47,744 bases of DNA from assembly GCA_964593285.1 (NCBI GenBank), contig CAZQHZ010000011.1, forward strand, positions 1-47,744, in the 5' to 3' direction. Positions 18,980 through 28,557 of this stretch are shown in pieces. The notes under the pieces were generated by a model. That model was given only the letters and a program-made list of their open reading frames with translations, made no database searches and had not been told where the DNA came from. Positions within the stretch are counted from its first letter, which is position 1. Each line of letters starts with the position of its first letter. Both the position numbers and the translations under genes were made by a program. The stretch is from an uncultured Methanosarcinales archaeon (GTDB taxonomy: Archaea > Nanobdellota > Nanobdellia > Woesearchaeales > DSVV01).

Positions 18980-19081
18980 TTATTTTTTCATTCTTCTGCG
19001 CTTTTCTTTTTTCATTCTTTTTCTTTGCCATTTCCAACGCATTTGTCCTTTTTTTTTCCAGCGCCTTGAACTTCTTTTCAT
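18980..19081 (-). CDS. rpl41e: Ribosomal protein L41e (eL41/eS32), 33 aa (not in the ORF track)
   Basis: Translates MKRSSRRWKKKGQMRWKWQRKRMKKEKRRRMKK, matching the archaeal WKKKG.MRWKW pattern; GGAGG/GAGG upstream. Confidence 0.85.
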   Translation of the reverse strand: MKRSSRRWKKKGQMRWKWQRKRMKKEKRRRMKK

Positions 19082-19238
19082 TTTTGTAATTGTAGGCAAA
19101 ATAAGCCTCTAAAACCTCCAAAAGTTTTTATTTTATTATAATTAGTATTATATACTTTTTGGATAAATGATTCATTTATAAGGTTTTGGTTTTTTATATT
19201 CAAAAAATATATAAATTAGTTGATAAATAATATATACA

Positions 19239-19940
19239 ATGGATACTTTAGATTGTATATACAATAGAAGATCAATTAGAAAATTTCTAAATATACCTGT
19301 TGAATGGTTTAAAATAGGTCGTATTTTGGAAGCTGGATTAAATGCACCTTCTGCAGGTAATCTTATAGATTTTCGTTTTATGGTTATTAATGATGATGCA
19401 AAAAAAAAAGAAATTGCAAAGCATTGTATGAATCAAAATTGGATGGCTAATGCACATGTTTATATTGTGGTTACCTCAACTTATGTTAAAACTCAGAGGT
19501 TTTATGGGGTTAGAGGTGAAAAACTTTATTCTATTCAAAGCGCGGCTGCTGCTACTCAAAATATGCTTCTTGCTGCACATTCATTAGATTTAGGTGCTTG
19601 CTGGGTTGGTGCATTTGATGAAGATTTAGTAAAAGAATTATTAAAAATTCCTGATTATGCAAGGGTGCAATCTATTATACCAATAGGTTATACAGATGAA
19701 AAACCACCAAGGCCACCAAAATATTCATTAACTGATATGGTTCATTTTAATTTCTATGGGGATAATGCTGCTAAAATGAGTGATATTAGAACAGAAGTAT
19801 TAAAAGAATGGTCTCCATATACAGAAAGGGCTGTAAATAAAATTAAAGATACTATTGATAATTCTTCAACAATTGGTGAAAAGATAACTAAACATGCAAA
19901 AAACCTGCATGAAAACATTAAGAAAAAATTTAATAAATAA
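19239..19940 (+). CDS. Nitroreductase family protein
   Basis: RRSIRKF, APSAGN and QNMLLAAHSLDLGACWVG motifs. Confidence 0.9.
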   Translation: MDTLDCIYNRRSIRKFLNIPVEWFKIGRILEAGLNAPSAGNLIDFRFMVINDDAKKKEIAKHCMNQNWMANAHVYIVVTSTYVKTQRFYGVRGEKLYSIQSAAAATQNMLLAAHSLDLGACWVGAFDEDLVKELLKIPDYARVQSIIPIGYTDEKPPRPPKYSLTDMVHFNFYGDNAAKMSDIRTEVLKEWSPYTERAVNKIKDTIDNSSTIGEKITKHAKNLHENIKKKFNK

Positions 19941-20029
19941 AATAACTATTGTTTTTAATATATATTTTACAAAATAGTGTTTAAAATATAGAAATATTTA
20001 AATAAGATTATGTTCACAAAAATAGATAT

Positions 20030-20260
20030 AAATAAAGTATTTTTTTGGCGGAAAATACTTACAAGATTTGGCGTTTTAAAGTGTTTTATTGATATAAATT
20101 AGTTTTAATACCTTTTTTGGCGAAAAAGTATTATTGGCGATATATATCAAGTGTTTGTTTCTAAAAGAGAATATAGTGTAACTACTATTTAAAGTTTTCG
20201 ATAGTTTAGACTATATTCTAAAAAATGGGGTTAAAAAACCTTATAATTTAAAAAAGAAGA
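20030..20260 (+). promoter_or_regulatory. Long structured 5' leader of ftsZ with four TTGGCG motifs
   Basis: TTGGCG at 20045, 20068, 20117 and 20134; stems 20035-20043/20052-20060, 20106-20111/20128-20133, 20089-20096/20143-20150 and 20168-20177/20210-20219; TATA-like TTTAAATA near 19997. Confidence 0.55.
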
Positions 20261-20273
20261 TAGAGGGGAAAAA

Positions 20274-21341
20274 ATGGATTTTGTTGTTAAAAAAGCTATG
20301 GAACAAGCTGGGGAAATGGATAATATGGAAATAAAGCCTGCTAATATTAAAGTTATTGGTTGCGGTGGAGCTGGTAATAATATGGTTAACTGGCTATATA
20401 AAAAAGGTGTTGATGGAGCAGAAATTATTGCTACAAATACAGATCAACAGCACCTAAATATTACTGAAGCTGATAAAAAATTTTTAATTGGTAAGGATAT
20501 TACCAAAGGCCTTGGATGTGGTGGTTTTCCACAAAAAGGAGCTGAAGCTGCTCAAGAGTCTCTTACAAATATAAAAGATTCATTAAAAGGCTCTGATATG
20601 GTATTTGTATGTGCGGGAATGGGAGGTGGAACCGGAACTGGTTCAGCACCAATTGTTGCAAGTGTTGCACGTGATTCTGGTGCAATTGTTATTGGAACAG
20701 TTACTATGCCATTTAAAATAGAAAGAGCAAGAGTTGATAAAGCAGAATTTGGATTATCACAGTTAAGACAAGTATCAGATACTGTAATTGTTATTGATAA
20801 TAATAGATTAGTTCAAATTGCAGGAAATTTACCAATTCAGCAAGCTTTTGCTGTTGCTAATGAATTAATTGCAACAATGATTAAAGGAATTGTTGAAACA
20901 ATTGCTGTACCTTCATTGGTAAACTTAGATTATGCTGATGTTAAAACTATTATGACTAATGGTGGTGTTGCTGCTATTGGTGTTGGTAGTTCTGATACTA
21001 ATAATCGAGTTGAAGAAGCTGTGAAAGGAGCACTTAGTAATCCTTTATTAGATATAAATTATGAAGGTGCAACTGGTGCATTAATTCATGTTGAAGGTGG
21101 ACCCGATTTAACACTTGATGAAATAAATCAAATAGGTGAATTGGTAACTGAATCTATGGATCCTGATGCAAATTGTATCTGGGGTGCTAGAGTTAGTGAT
21201 GATATGAAAGGTAAATTAACTGTTATGACTATTATTACTGGTGTTAAATCACCTTGGATTTTAGGAAAAGTTGATTCAAAAGCTAGATCAAGTGAAATGG
21301 CTGCTATGACTGATGAGCTTGGAATAGAGATTATTAGATAA
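20274..21341 (+). CDS. ftsZ: Cell division protein FtsZ (probably archaeal FtsZ2 type)
   Basis: [17 protein letters not shown] tubulin signature and NLDYAD T7 loop. Confidence 0.97.
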   Translation: MDFVVKKAMEQAGEMDNMEIKPANIKVIGCGGAGNNMVNWLYKKGVDGAEIIATNTDQQHLNITEADKKFLIGKDITKGLGCGGFPQKGAEAAQESLTNIKDSLKGSDMVFVCAGMGGGTGTGSAPIVASVARDSGAIVIGTVTMPFKIERARVDKAEFGLSQLRQVSDTVIVIDNNRLVQIAGNLPIQQAFAVANELIATMIKGIVETIAVPSLVNLDYADVKTIMTNGGVAAIGVGSSDTNNRVEEAVKGALSNPLLDINYEGATGALIHVEGGPDLTLDEINQIGELVTESMDPDANCIWGARVSDDMKGKLTVMTIITGVKSPWILGKVDSKARSSEMAAMTDELGIEIIR

Positions 21342-21343
21342 GC

Positions 21344-21456
21344 AGAGGATTTTTTCCTCTCTTTTTATTTTACTTTATTTCTTGCCTCTTTTTTTTAACC
21401 ACCCCCAAAACGTTAAAGAAGAGGCAGACAAAGGGTGGGGGCAAAATATTTGCCCC
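21344..21456. other. GC-rich structured element downstream of ftsZ (hairpin, putative H-type pseudoknot, hairpin)
   Basis: AGAGGA/TCCTCT hairpin followed by a T-run; stem 21383-21399/21412-21426 whose loop CACCC is complementary to GGGTG 21433-21437; hairpin 21438-21456. Confidence 0.6.
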
Positions 21457-21743
21457 TATTTTTATTTATATTTTAATTATTTGTTAAGAATAATTATTAG
21501 ATTAAATTATAAAATTACTTTTTGTTTTTGTAAAATATATTATTGTTAATTAAAAAAATTTATGTTTTTTTCTTTTTTTAAAATGGTTAATTTAATTTTT
21601 GAAGTTTTAGAAGATTTTTTATTAAATTTTAGAATATTTAAAATATTAAAATCAAAATTTAAAATATTAAAACCAAAATTAATTTAAAAGAGTTAATTAT
21701 ACTTTATTTATATATAATATATATAGGGGGTTTTTTAAAAAAA

Positions 21744-21980
21744 ATGGCATTTGATAAAAGTTTAGATAAAGAATTATTTGGTGAATATGCAAATTTTGAA
21801 ACAACAAGGCTTAGAGTGAGCGTTTTTTCATATAATGATGGTGAACCAAAATTACAAATTTCAAGAGAAAATTTACGAGTTAGTGATGGTGGATATACTT
21901 TTACTAAACTTGGTAGAATGACTAAAGAAGAAGTTGTTGCAATTAAACCATTACTTGAAAAAGCAATTGAAAAGATGTAA
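21744..21980 (+). CDS. Small PC4/YdbC-like putative ssDNA/RNA-binding protein
   Basis: VSVFSYNDGEPKLQISR...KLGRMTKEE resembles PC4-fold proteins; RBS GGGGG. Confidence 0.55.
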   Translation: MAFDKSLDKELFGEYANFETTRLRVSVFSYNDGEPKLQISRENLRVSDGGYTFTKLGRMTKEEVVAIKPLLEKAIEKM

Positions 21981-22213
21981 TTTTTATTTTATTTAAATTA
22001 AATTTTTTTATTTATTATAAATTAAGCTAAATACGTGTTATTTTGAAGCAATAGTAGATATAGTTTGTATTAAATTAAGAACTATTTTAGAAAGTAGTGT
22101 AATACATTGAAGTTTTGCTATGATGGCATTTATTTAATTTCAATTATTTATTTTCTATATAGAAAAAATATTTTTTATTTACTTTAATATTAATCTAAAA
22201 AATTATTAATAAT

Positions 22214-22774
22214 TTATTTTGTTTTTAATAATTTTATAAATTCAACAACTAAGTAAACAATTGCACCAAGTAATATTAAATTTAAAATAAGATAAAGAAA
22301 TGGATAGTCATATTTTAAATCAAATGCATATTCTGCTAAAAATTCATTTAATATAATATATGCAATTATATACATTGATGATAATTTTGTTAAATTATCA
22401 AGTTTGCTATGTTTTGAAATTTTATTATATACAATTAGTGAAATTAAAATAACTGTAATTATTGCAACAACAAAACCAAAATCTGCTAATTTGAAATCAT
22501 TTTCAATTTGAAAAAAAATCATTGATATTGAAAAAACAATTGTTAATCCAAGTACTGCACCATTTCCAAATTGCTCTTTGGCATAAATTTTTAAAATACT
22601 TGCAAAAATTAGTAAATAAATTACAAAATCTATTCCAATGTAATATTTTTCATAATTATCAATAATATTAATGCTATCAATTGAACTAAATAAGAATTCA
22701 ATTGGGTCTGCTAATACGAAACTAGATAAAATTATAAAAAAATAAAATAATAAAAATATTTTAATTTGTTTCAT
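22214..22774 (-). CDS. Hypothetical multi-pass membrane protein
   Basis: Signal peptide plus about 5 TM helices. Confidence 0.65.
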   Translation of the reverse strand: MKQIKIFLLFYFFIILSSFVLADPIEFLFSSIDSINIIDNYEKYYIGIDFVIYLLIFASILKIYAKEQFGNGAVLGLTIVFSISMIFFQIENDFKLADFGFVVAIITVILISLIVYNKISKHSKLDNLTKLSSMYIIAYIILNEFLAEYAFDLKYDYPFLYLILNLILLGAIVYLVVEFIKLLKTK

Positions 22775-22841
22775 ATTTTTTTTATGAATTTTATTTATTA
22801 TAAAATTTTCTATTTAGAACAAAAAAATATTTTTAAAATAA

Positions 22842-24362
22842 TTATTTTTTTGTTTTAATCAATTTTTTTATTATTATTTCATATGCATTATTGTTTAAAT
22901 GATATTGTATGGCATATTTTAGTCTTTCTTTACTATCTGAATATATTGTAAAAAGCTTTTCTTTATTTTTTACATATTCATTTTTATTTTTATACATATA
23001 TATTCCTGCATATTTATCATGAGGGCATCCTGCAATTCTTGCTATTTTATTAATTAAGTCATTATTAATGTGTGTAATTATTCCATCTTTATCTGCAAGT
23101 ATATTTTTTTTGTATTTTGCCGATTTAATTTTATCTGGATCTGTAATTTTCGCATTTTGTGCTTTTAGTATTTCTATGAATTTTTTATAAGCATCTCCTG
23201 AATCAAATATGTCTTGTGCAAGTTTTTTACCTTTACCTTTTTTTGCTTTACCAGCCATTTCTAAAATAATTCCTGCCATTTCAATTGATTTATTTTTTAG
23301 AGGAATTGAGCCTTTTTTTGAATTCATTAATGTATATAAAACTTCTTTTGCTTCAAGTGCAGGACCTATGCCATTTCCAATAGGGTTTGAGCCATCTGTT
23401 ATTATTGCTTTTATTTTCATTCCAAGTTTTTTCCCTATTTTTTCAAATTTATTTTTAAGTAAATTTGCTCTTTTATCACAAGATGTTTTACATCCTATTC
23501 CTATTGGAATATCAATTAATACATGTGTTGCACTAACTGATTTTTTTTTAGCTAGTATGCTTGCTAGTAATTGTCCTACTGGATCTAGTGACATTGAATG
23601 TTCAACTTTTATTATTTTATCATCTGCAGGAGCTAAATTCATAGCTCCTCCCCAAACCATGCATGCGTTAGTTTTTTTGATAATTTTTTTCATTTTGTTA
23701 ATACCAAAAGAAACATCACATAAAACTTCTACTGTATCTGCTGTACCAGATGCACTAGTAATTGATCTTGAGCTAGTTTTTGGCATAATTAAACCAGCTG
23801 CTGCAATTATTGGAATTACAACCATTGTTGTTCTGTTACCTGCAACTCCACCAATGCAGTGTTTATCAACAATTATTTTAGATTTTAAATTTAAAACATT
23901 TCCAGTTTTTACGATACTATTTGTTAAAGCAATTATTTCTTTGTCTGATAATTCATGAATGTATGTTGATGCAACAAAGTAAGACATTTCTATTTCATTT
24001 AAATTTCCTTTTATTATGTCGTCAATAATTATAAAAAGTTCATCATCTTTTAATTCACATCCTTTCATTTTTTTTTTAATCAATTCAATAGATTTTGGCT
24101 TTCTTTCTATTTTAATTGAAACTTCTTCTTTATTTTTTGTTTTAATTTCACTAGAAACTTCTTTAAATAAACCAATTTCTCCTTCTTTAATTAAATCATT
24201 AGAATGCGTAATATCTAAAATACAAGTTATTTTTTTATTTTTATTTTTAACATTTATTCTATCTGCAAAATGTAAATCATAGTGTTTTGCATCATTTATA
24301 TTCATTAAAGCAATTAATGGATTTCCTGTACCTATATCTAAATTTTTAACTTTTAATTTCAT
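22842..24362 (-). CDS. deoA: AMP phosphorylase (archaeal thymidine phosphorylase family)
   Basis: N-terminal extra domain; DKHCIGGVAGN, KTSSRSITSASGTAD and GIGPALEA motifs. Confidence 0.92.
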   Translation of the reverse strand: MKLKVKNLDIGTGNPLIALMNINDAKHYDLHFADRINVKNKNKKITCILDITHSNDLIKEGEIGLFKEVSSEIKTKNKEEVSIKIERKPKSIELIKKKMKGCELKDDELFIIIDDIIKGNLNEIEMSYFVASTYIHELSDKEIIALTNSIVKTGNVLNLKSKIIVDKHCIGGVAGNRTTMVVIPIIAAAGLIMPKTSSRSITSASGTADTVEVLCDVSFGINKMKKIIKKTNACMVWGGAMNLAPADDKIIKVEHSMSLDPVGQLLASILAKKKSVSATHVLIDIPIGIGCKTSCDKRANLLKNKFEKIGKKLGMKIKAIITDGSNPIGNGIGPALEAKEVLYTLMNSKKGSIPLKNKSIEMAGIILEMAGKAKKGKGKKLAQDIFDSGDAYKKFIEILKAQNAKITDPDKIKSAKYKKNILADKDGIITHINNDLINKIARIAGCPHDKYAGIYMYKNKNEYVKNKEKLFTIYSDSKERLKYAIQYHLNNNAYEIIIKKLIKTKK

Positions 24363-24615
24363 TATTTAGTCACCTTTTTTAATTTATTACAAACGATGGT
24401 TGATATTTTCCCTAGTTTGAAGCGATAATAATTTTAGTTTGCAGTAAACCAAGATTGGCTTTGGTTGCTACTAGTTTTAGGCTCGACTGCTTATTTAATT
24501 TTAAAATTAAAAGTTTATAAATTTTGTTATTTTTAAATCTATATAGTTTGAAATTTTTATAATAAGATTTAGAAATAAAATTTTGAAATTATTAATATTT
24601 AAAAAAAATAAAAAA

Positions 24616-26058
24616 TTATTTTGAAGTAATATTGTTTGAATAACTTCTTGAGATATTACCTCTTTTGTTTTTAAACTTAACAAGTGCTGAAGGCAATTTT
24701 AATGTTCCAATTATACTTAATTTTGAAAATTGTTGGTATGAAATTATTCTTTCTTCATGTGGTTCTAAAATTGGTAATTGCCATTTTACAACAGTACCTT
24801 TATGTTCATTTTTAATTATTTTTGTTGGATGCATTGTTCCAATTGCAAAATTTTTTTCAAGCTCTAACATTTTTGGAACAACATCGATAACTGTTAAATT
24901 TTCAATTTGCTTATTTGTTCTATTTTTCACATGTAATAATATTTTGTATCTTGTTTTTTCTCCTTCATTAGTTTCTATTAATCTTGTTTCTTTTTTAATA
25001 AGTATTGGTGTTCTTTCAAAATAGTATATTAGTAATGCAATTATTAGTAATATAAAAATAATAAAAAATGGTCTATAATTTACTATAATTTCAATTTCTT
25101 TTGTTTCAAAAGGGTTTAGATTTGTTTCAAAGTAAATTATAGTATGGTCATGTATATTTTTTTTAACTTCGTATTTTGGTTCTGATTTAGTGAATATTTG
25201 TTTAAAAATAGTTGTTGGATTTTCATAAATGTAGGTATTTTCTATATTTCCATCATTATATAATGTAATTGTAGTTTTAGTTTTTAAAAATGTTTTTTTA
25301 GGTTCAATTTCTGTATTTATTTTTGAATATGAATCAATATCTAATTCTCTTTTAATATCTGTATATGTTTTATTTTTTGATGGGATACTTGTTTTGATTG
25401 TTATTATGTCTGTTTGTGGATTTGTTTTATTATCATATTTAATATTTAATTTAATTTCTTTTGTTTCTAGTGGTTTTAAATTTGTTGTAATTAATTGATT
25501 ATTTTTTGAGTCAATTAAACTATCTAATTCAATTGTGAAATCAGTAATATTTAGTCTATTTAAATTATTTAATTTTATTTTTATAGTTCCTTCTTTTCGT
25601 GGGTCGAGTTTTCTTGGGACATCTGCATCAATATTTACTATAGGTACATAATTAATTATTTGATTTGGATCTCTTAAAAATACATCAAATAATGCATCTT
25701 TTTTGATATTTGTTTTTTCTGATTCTAAAGTAATTGTAAAATCATATCTTTTTGGAAATAATCTTGTATTACTTGGCATTATTTTAACATCTGTATAGAT
25801 TGTTTCATGTGGCTTTAGTGTTCTATATTTATAAATTGGTTTGAAAATTAAACTCCATTCTACACTATCTACATAATTATATTTTATTATTTGATTTGAA
25901 TCTAATGTATTGGTTACTGCTAATCTAAAGTTTGCTTCTTCCCATGGTAAAATGTTGTTTTCATTAGAAATAACAGACACATTGAAACTTGCATTAACAA
26001 TAGCTGTACCAAAAATAATAAGTAGTAAAATATTTAGTAAAATTTTATTTTTTGACAT
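24616..26058 (-). CDS. Membrane-anchored protein with Ig-like beta-sandwich domains on both sides of a TM helix
   Basis: Signal peptide; beta-rich domains; TM helix NYRPFFIIFILL; GGAGGGG RBS before ATG at 26058. Confidence 0.65.
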   Translation of the reverse strand: MSKNKILLNILLLIIFGTAIVNASFNVSVISNENNILPWEEANFRLAVTNTLDSNQIIKYNYVDSVEWSLIFKPIYKYRTLKPHETIYTDVKIMPSNTRLFPKRYDFTITLESEKTNIKKDALFDVFLRDPNQIINYVPIVNIDADVPRKLDPRKEGTIKIKLNNLNRLNITDFTIELDSLIDSKNNQLITTNLKPLETKEIKLNIKYDNKTNPQTDIITIKTSIPSKNKTYTDIKRELDIDSYSKINTEIEPKKTFLKTKTTITLYNDGNIENTYIYENPTTIFKQIFTKSEPKYEVKKNIHDHTIIYFETNLNPFETKEIEIIVNYRPFFIIFILLIIALLIYYFERTPILIKKETRLIETNEGEKTRYKILLHVKNRTNKQIENLTVIDVVPKMLELEKNFAIGTMHPTKIIKNEHKGTVVKWQLPILEPHEERIISYQQFSKLSIIGTLKLPSALVKFKNKRGNISRSYSNNITSK

Positions 26059-26326
26059 TAAAACCCCTCCTTTATTTTTTGTGTTCATTTCTATTTATAT
26101 AATTTTCGGTTTTATGATTGCATAGTGTTATTTAATAATTATTTTACATTATTTTAAAAATTATAATTTAATTGTTATGTCATTTATATATAAAGACACT
26201 TTTTAATTTTTATTTTTCCTATATCTTTAATTGTTGTTAAGTATTTTGATTAAATTTATTTTGTATATATAATTGTATAAAAATTTATTTTTAGAATAAA
26301 ATAATAAAAAAGTAAAAAAAGAAGTA

Positions 26327-26391
26327 AAAAAACGAAACATTTAAATATGAGTTAAGTTTAACTACATTTAGTTTACTTAAAGTAAACAAAA
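26327..26391 (+). promoter_or_regulatory. BRE-TATA promoter of the heat-shock cluster with a downstream palindromic operator
   Basis: CGAAAC-ATTTAAATA, then GTTTACT-TAA-AGTAAAC (26371-26387). Confidence 0.6.
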
Positions 26392-26415
26392 ATGTAATTA
26401 ATGGAGGTGGTTTGA

Positions 26416-26898
26416 ATGTTATGGAAAAACCCATTTAATGAAATGAGAAAGATGCAAAGGGAAATGGATAGATTATTTGAATCTTTTTTTGACTACGAAC
26501 CATTAGATTATGACAGACCATTACTTGAAGATGCCACACAAAGAGGATTGACTAAAACTAATTACAGACAACCACTTGCAGATATTTATGACGATGAAAA
26601 TGAACTTAAAGCAAATATAGAATTGCCAGGAATTAATAAAGATGACATTAAAATAACTGCTCATGACAATGGTGTTTCAATAAGTGTTGAAAAAAAAGAT
26701 GAGCAAAAAACTGAAGATAAGAAAAAAGGAATTTATAGAATTGAGCGAAGATATTCAGGATATAGGCGATTTATTCCAATTGCAGGCAATTTTGATAAAA
26801 AGAATATTGATGCAAAATATAAAGATGGAATTTTAGAATTAAAAGTTCCTAAATTAGAGCCAAAGATAAGTGATGAAAATAGAATTGAAGTTAAGTAA
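26416..26898 (+). CDS. hsp20: Hsp20/alpha-crystallin small heat shock protein
   Basis: ELPGINKDDI, ERRYSGYRR and AKYKDGILELKVPK motifs. Confidence 0.93.
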   Translation: MLWKNPFNEMRKMQREMDRLFESFFDYEPLDYDRPLLEDATQRGLTKTNYRQPLADIYDDENELKANIELPGINKDDIKITAHDNGVSISVEKKDEQKTEDKKKGIYRIERRYSGYRRFIPIAGNFDKKNIDAKYKDGILELKVPKLEPKISDENRIEVK

Positions 26899-26933
26899 TT
26901 TTTTTTATTTTTTTATTTTTAGAGGTGTTTTAA

Positions 26934-27551
26934 ATGAAAGAAGAAAATTTTGAAGAATTAGATGAGCAAAAAATTAAGCAAAGTGATGTAAATGATTCCG
27001 AAAATGAATCAGTTAACACAGAAGATGATAATAAAAATAGTTGTGAAGATGAGTTAATACAAATTCCAAAATCAAAAATAAAAGAATATGAAGAAAAAAT
27101 CAAAGATAATGAATATTTGGCTAAAAGATTGAAAGCAGATTTTGAAAATTATAAAAAATGTGTTGATAGAGAAAAAGAAAAATCATATGATTTTGCTTCA
27201 TATAATTTAATTGAAAAATTATTACCTGTACTTGATACTTTTGATCAAGCCATTTTAAATACAAAAGTTGAAAGTGAAAGAAAAGGGATTGGTCTAGTTT
27301 ATTCACAATTAATTGAGGTTTTATCAAAAGTAGGGCTTCGAAAAATAGAATGTATCGGAAAAGAATTTGATCCATATTATCATGATATTATAATGACTGT
27401 TGAGTCAAATAAAGACGACAATATAATCCTTGAAGAATTTCAGACAGGTTATATGTTAAATGATAAAATATTAAGACATTCCAAAGTTAAAGTGGCTAAA
27501 AAGATACAAGATGGATGTATTAATAAAAAAGAGGACGAATTAAATGAATGA
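26934..27551 (+). CDS. grpE: Nucleotide exchange factor GrpE
   Basis: RLKADFENYKK, LLPVLD, FDPYYH and GYMLNDKILRHSKV motifs. Confidence 0.95.
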   Translation: MKEENFEELDEQKIKQSDVNDSENESVNTEDDNKNSCEDELIQIPKSKIKEYEEKIKDNEYLAKRLKADFENYKKCVDREKEKSYDFASYNLIEKLLPVLDTFDQAILNTKVESERKGIGLVYSQLIEVLSKVGLRKIECIGKEFDPYYHDIIMTVESNKDDNIILEEFQTGYMLNDKILRHSKVKVAKKIQDGCINKKEDELNE

Positions 27552-28104
27552 TCAAAAAAATAAAAATTCAACAGATTCAATTTTACTAACCAAAAAAACA
27601 CCTGTGAGTTATATTAAAAAATTATTAAATGATTGTAGTAAATGTGGTCATTGTTGTTCGTATAGCTCTGGTTTTTTTTTAGAAGATGATATAAAAAAAA
27701 TTAGTTTTAAACTTGGTATGAAAAAAGAGGATTTCATAAATGAGTTTTTAGAAGAGATTAAGATTTTTAATTCAAAAGTTTATAAATCAAAATTAAAAAA
27801 TAACAATAATAAAAAAAAACTCAATTATGGTGAATGTGTTTTTTTAAATGATAAAAAAGAATGTACAATTCATGAAATAAAACCATTTCATTGTAAAATT
27901 GCTAGTGGTTGTGAAAAAATAGGTGAGCAAATATATGTTTGGTTTATATTAAATTATTTAGTAAATCCAAATGATCCAGAATCGATAAGACAATGGGCGA
28001 CATATTTAGAAACTCATGAAACAATACCTGGGGGAAAATTAATTGATTTAGTAGGTGATAGAGAAAAACTTTCAAAAATACTTAATTATGAAATTTTAAA
28101 ATAA
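27544..28104 (+). CDS. YkgJ-family CxxCxxCC zinc/Fe-S cluster protein
   Basis: CSKCGHCC, CVFL...CTIHEIKPFHC motifs. Confidence 0.85.
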   Translation: MNDQKNKNSTDSILLTKKTPVSYIKKLLNDCSKCGHCCSYSSGFFLEDDIKKISFKLGMKKEDFINEFLEEIKIFNSKVYKSKLKNNNNKKKLNYGECVFLNDKKECTIHEIKPFHCKIASGCEKIGEQIYVWFILNYLVNPNDPESIRQWATYLETHETIPGGKLIDLVGDREKLSKILNYEILK

Positions 28105-28162
28105 TTAATTGGTATTTTGTTATTGAGTTTGAAATTTTAAAAAATAAGGGGAAATAAAAAAA

Positions 28163-28522
28163 ATGGTAGAAGAAAAAAAAATAAATTTATCAGTAAATGA
28201 AGGAGTGGATTTTTTTGCTAATGAAATTTCAGTAAATTTTAGTCCGATGCATTTTAATTTAGATTTTAAATGTATTACACCACGAGTTGATATGAGATCA
28301 AGAGACTCAACAATTCTTTCAATTAAGCATAATGTTGTTATTTTAGATCCTTATCATTTAAAAAATTTACATGAGATTTTAGGTGATGTAATGAAAAAAT
28401 ATGAAAAAAAATTTGGTAAAATAAAAAAACCAACTCAGCTTACAAAAGCTGAAAAAAATATGAAAGATAAAATAAATGAAAATGATTTAAAGACGAAAAC
28501 AGTTCCAAATTATTTGGGATAG
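28163..28522 (+). CDS. DUF3467-like protein
   Basis: FFANEISVNFSPMHFNLDF...VILDPYHLKNL....KYEKKFGKI pattern. Confidence 0.7.
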   Translation: MVEEKKINLSVNEGVDFFANEISVNFSPMHFNLDFKCITPRVDMRSRDSTILSIKHNVVILDPYHLKNLHEILGDVMKKYEKKFGKIKKPTQLTKAEKNMKDKINENDLKTKTVPNYLG

Positions 28523-28557
28523 TTTTTCTAATTTAATAAAAAAAATAAACGGAGGTT

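Noticed and set aside
21636..21680. Two-copy ~22-bp tandem repeat ATTTAAAATATTAAAA[TC]CAAA
   Set aside because: Low-complexity AT-rich duplication; no functional evidence
22020..22135. Slightly GC-enriched spacer between convergent genes
   Set aside because: No convincing ORF or stable stem set found by eye
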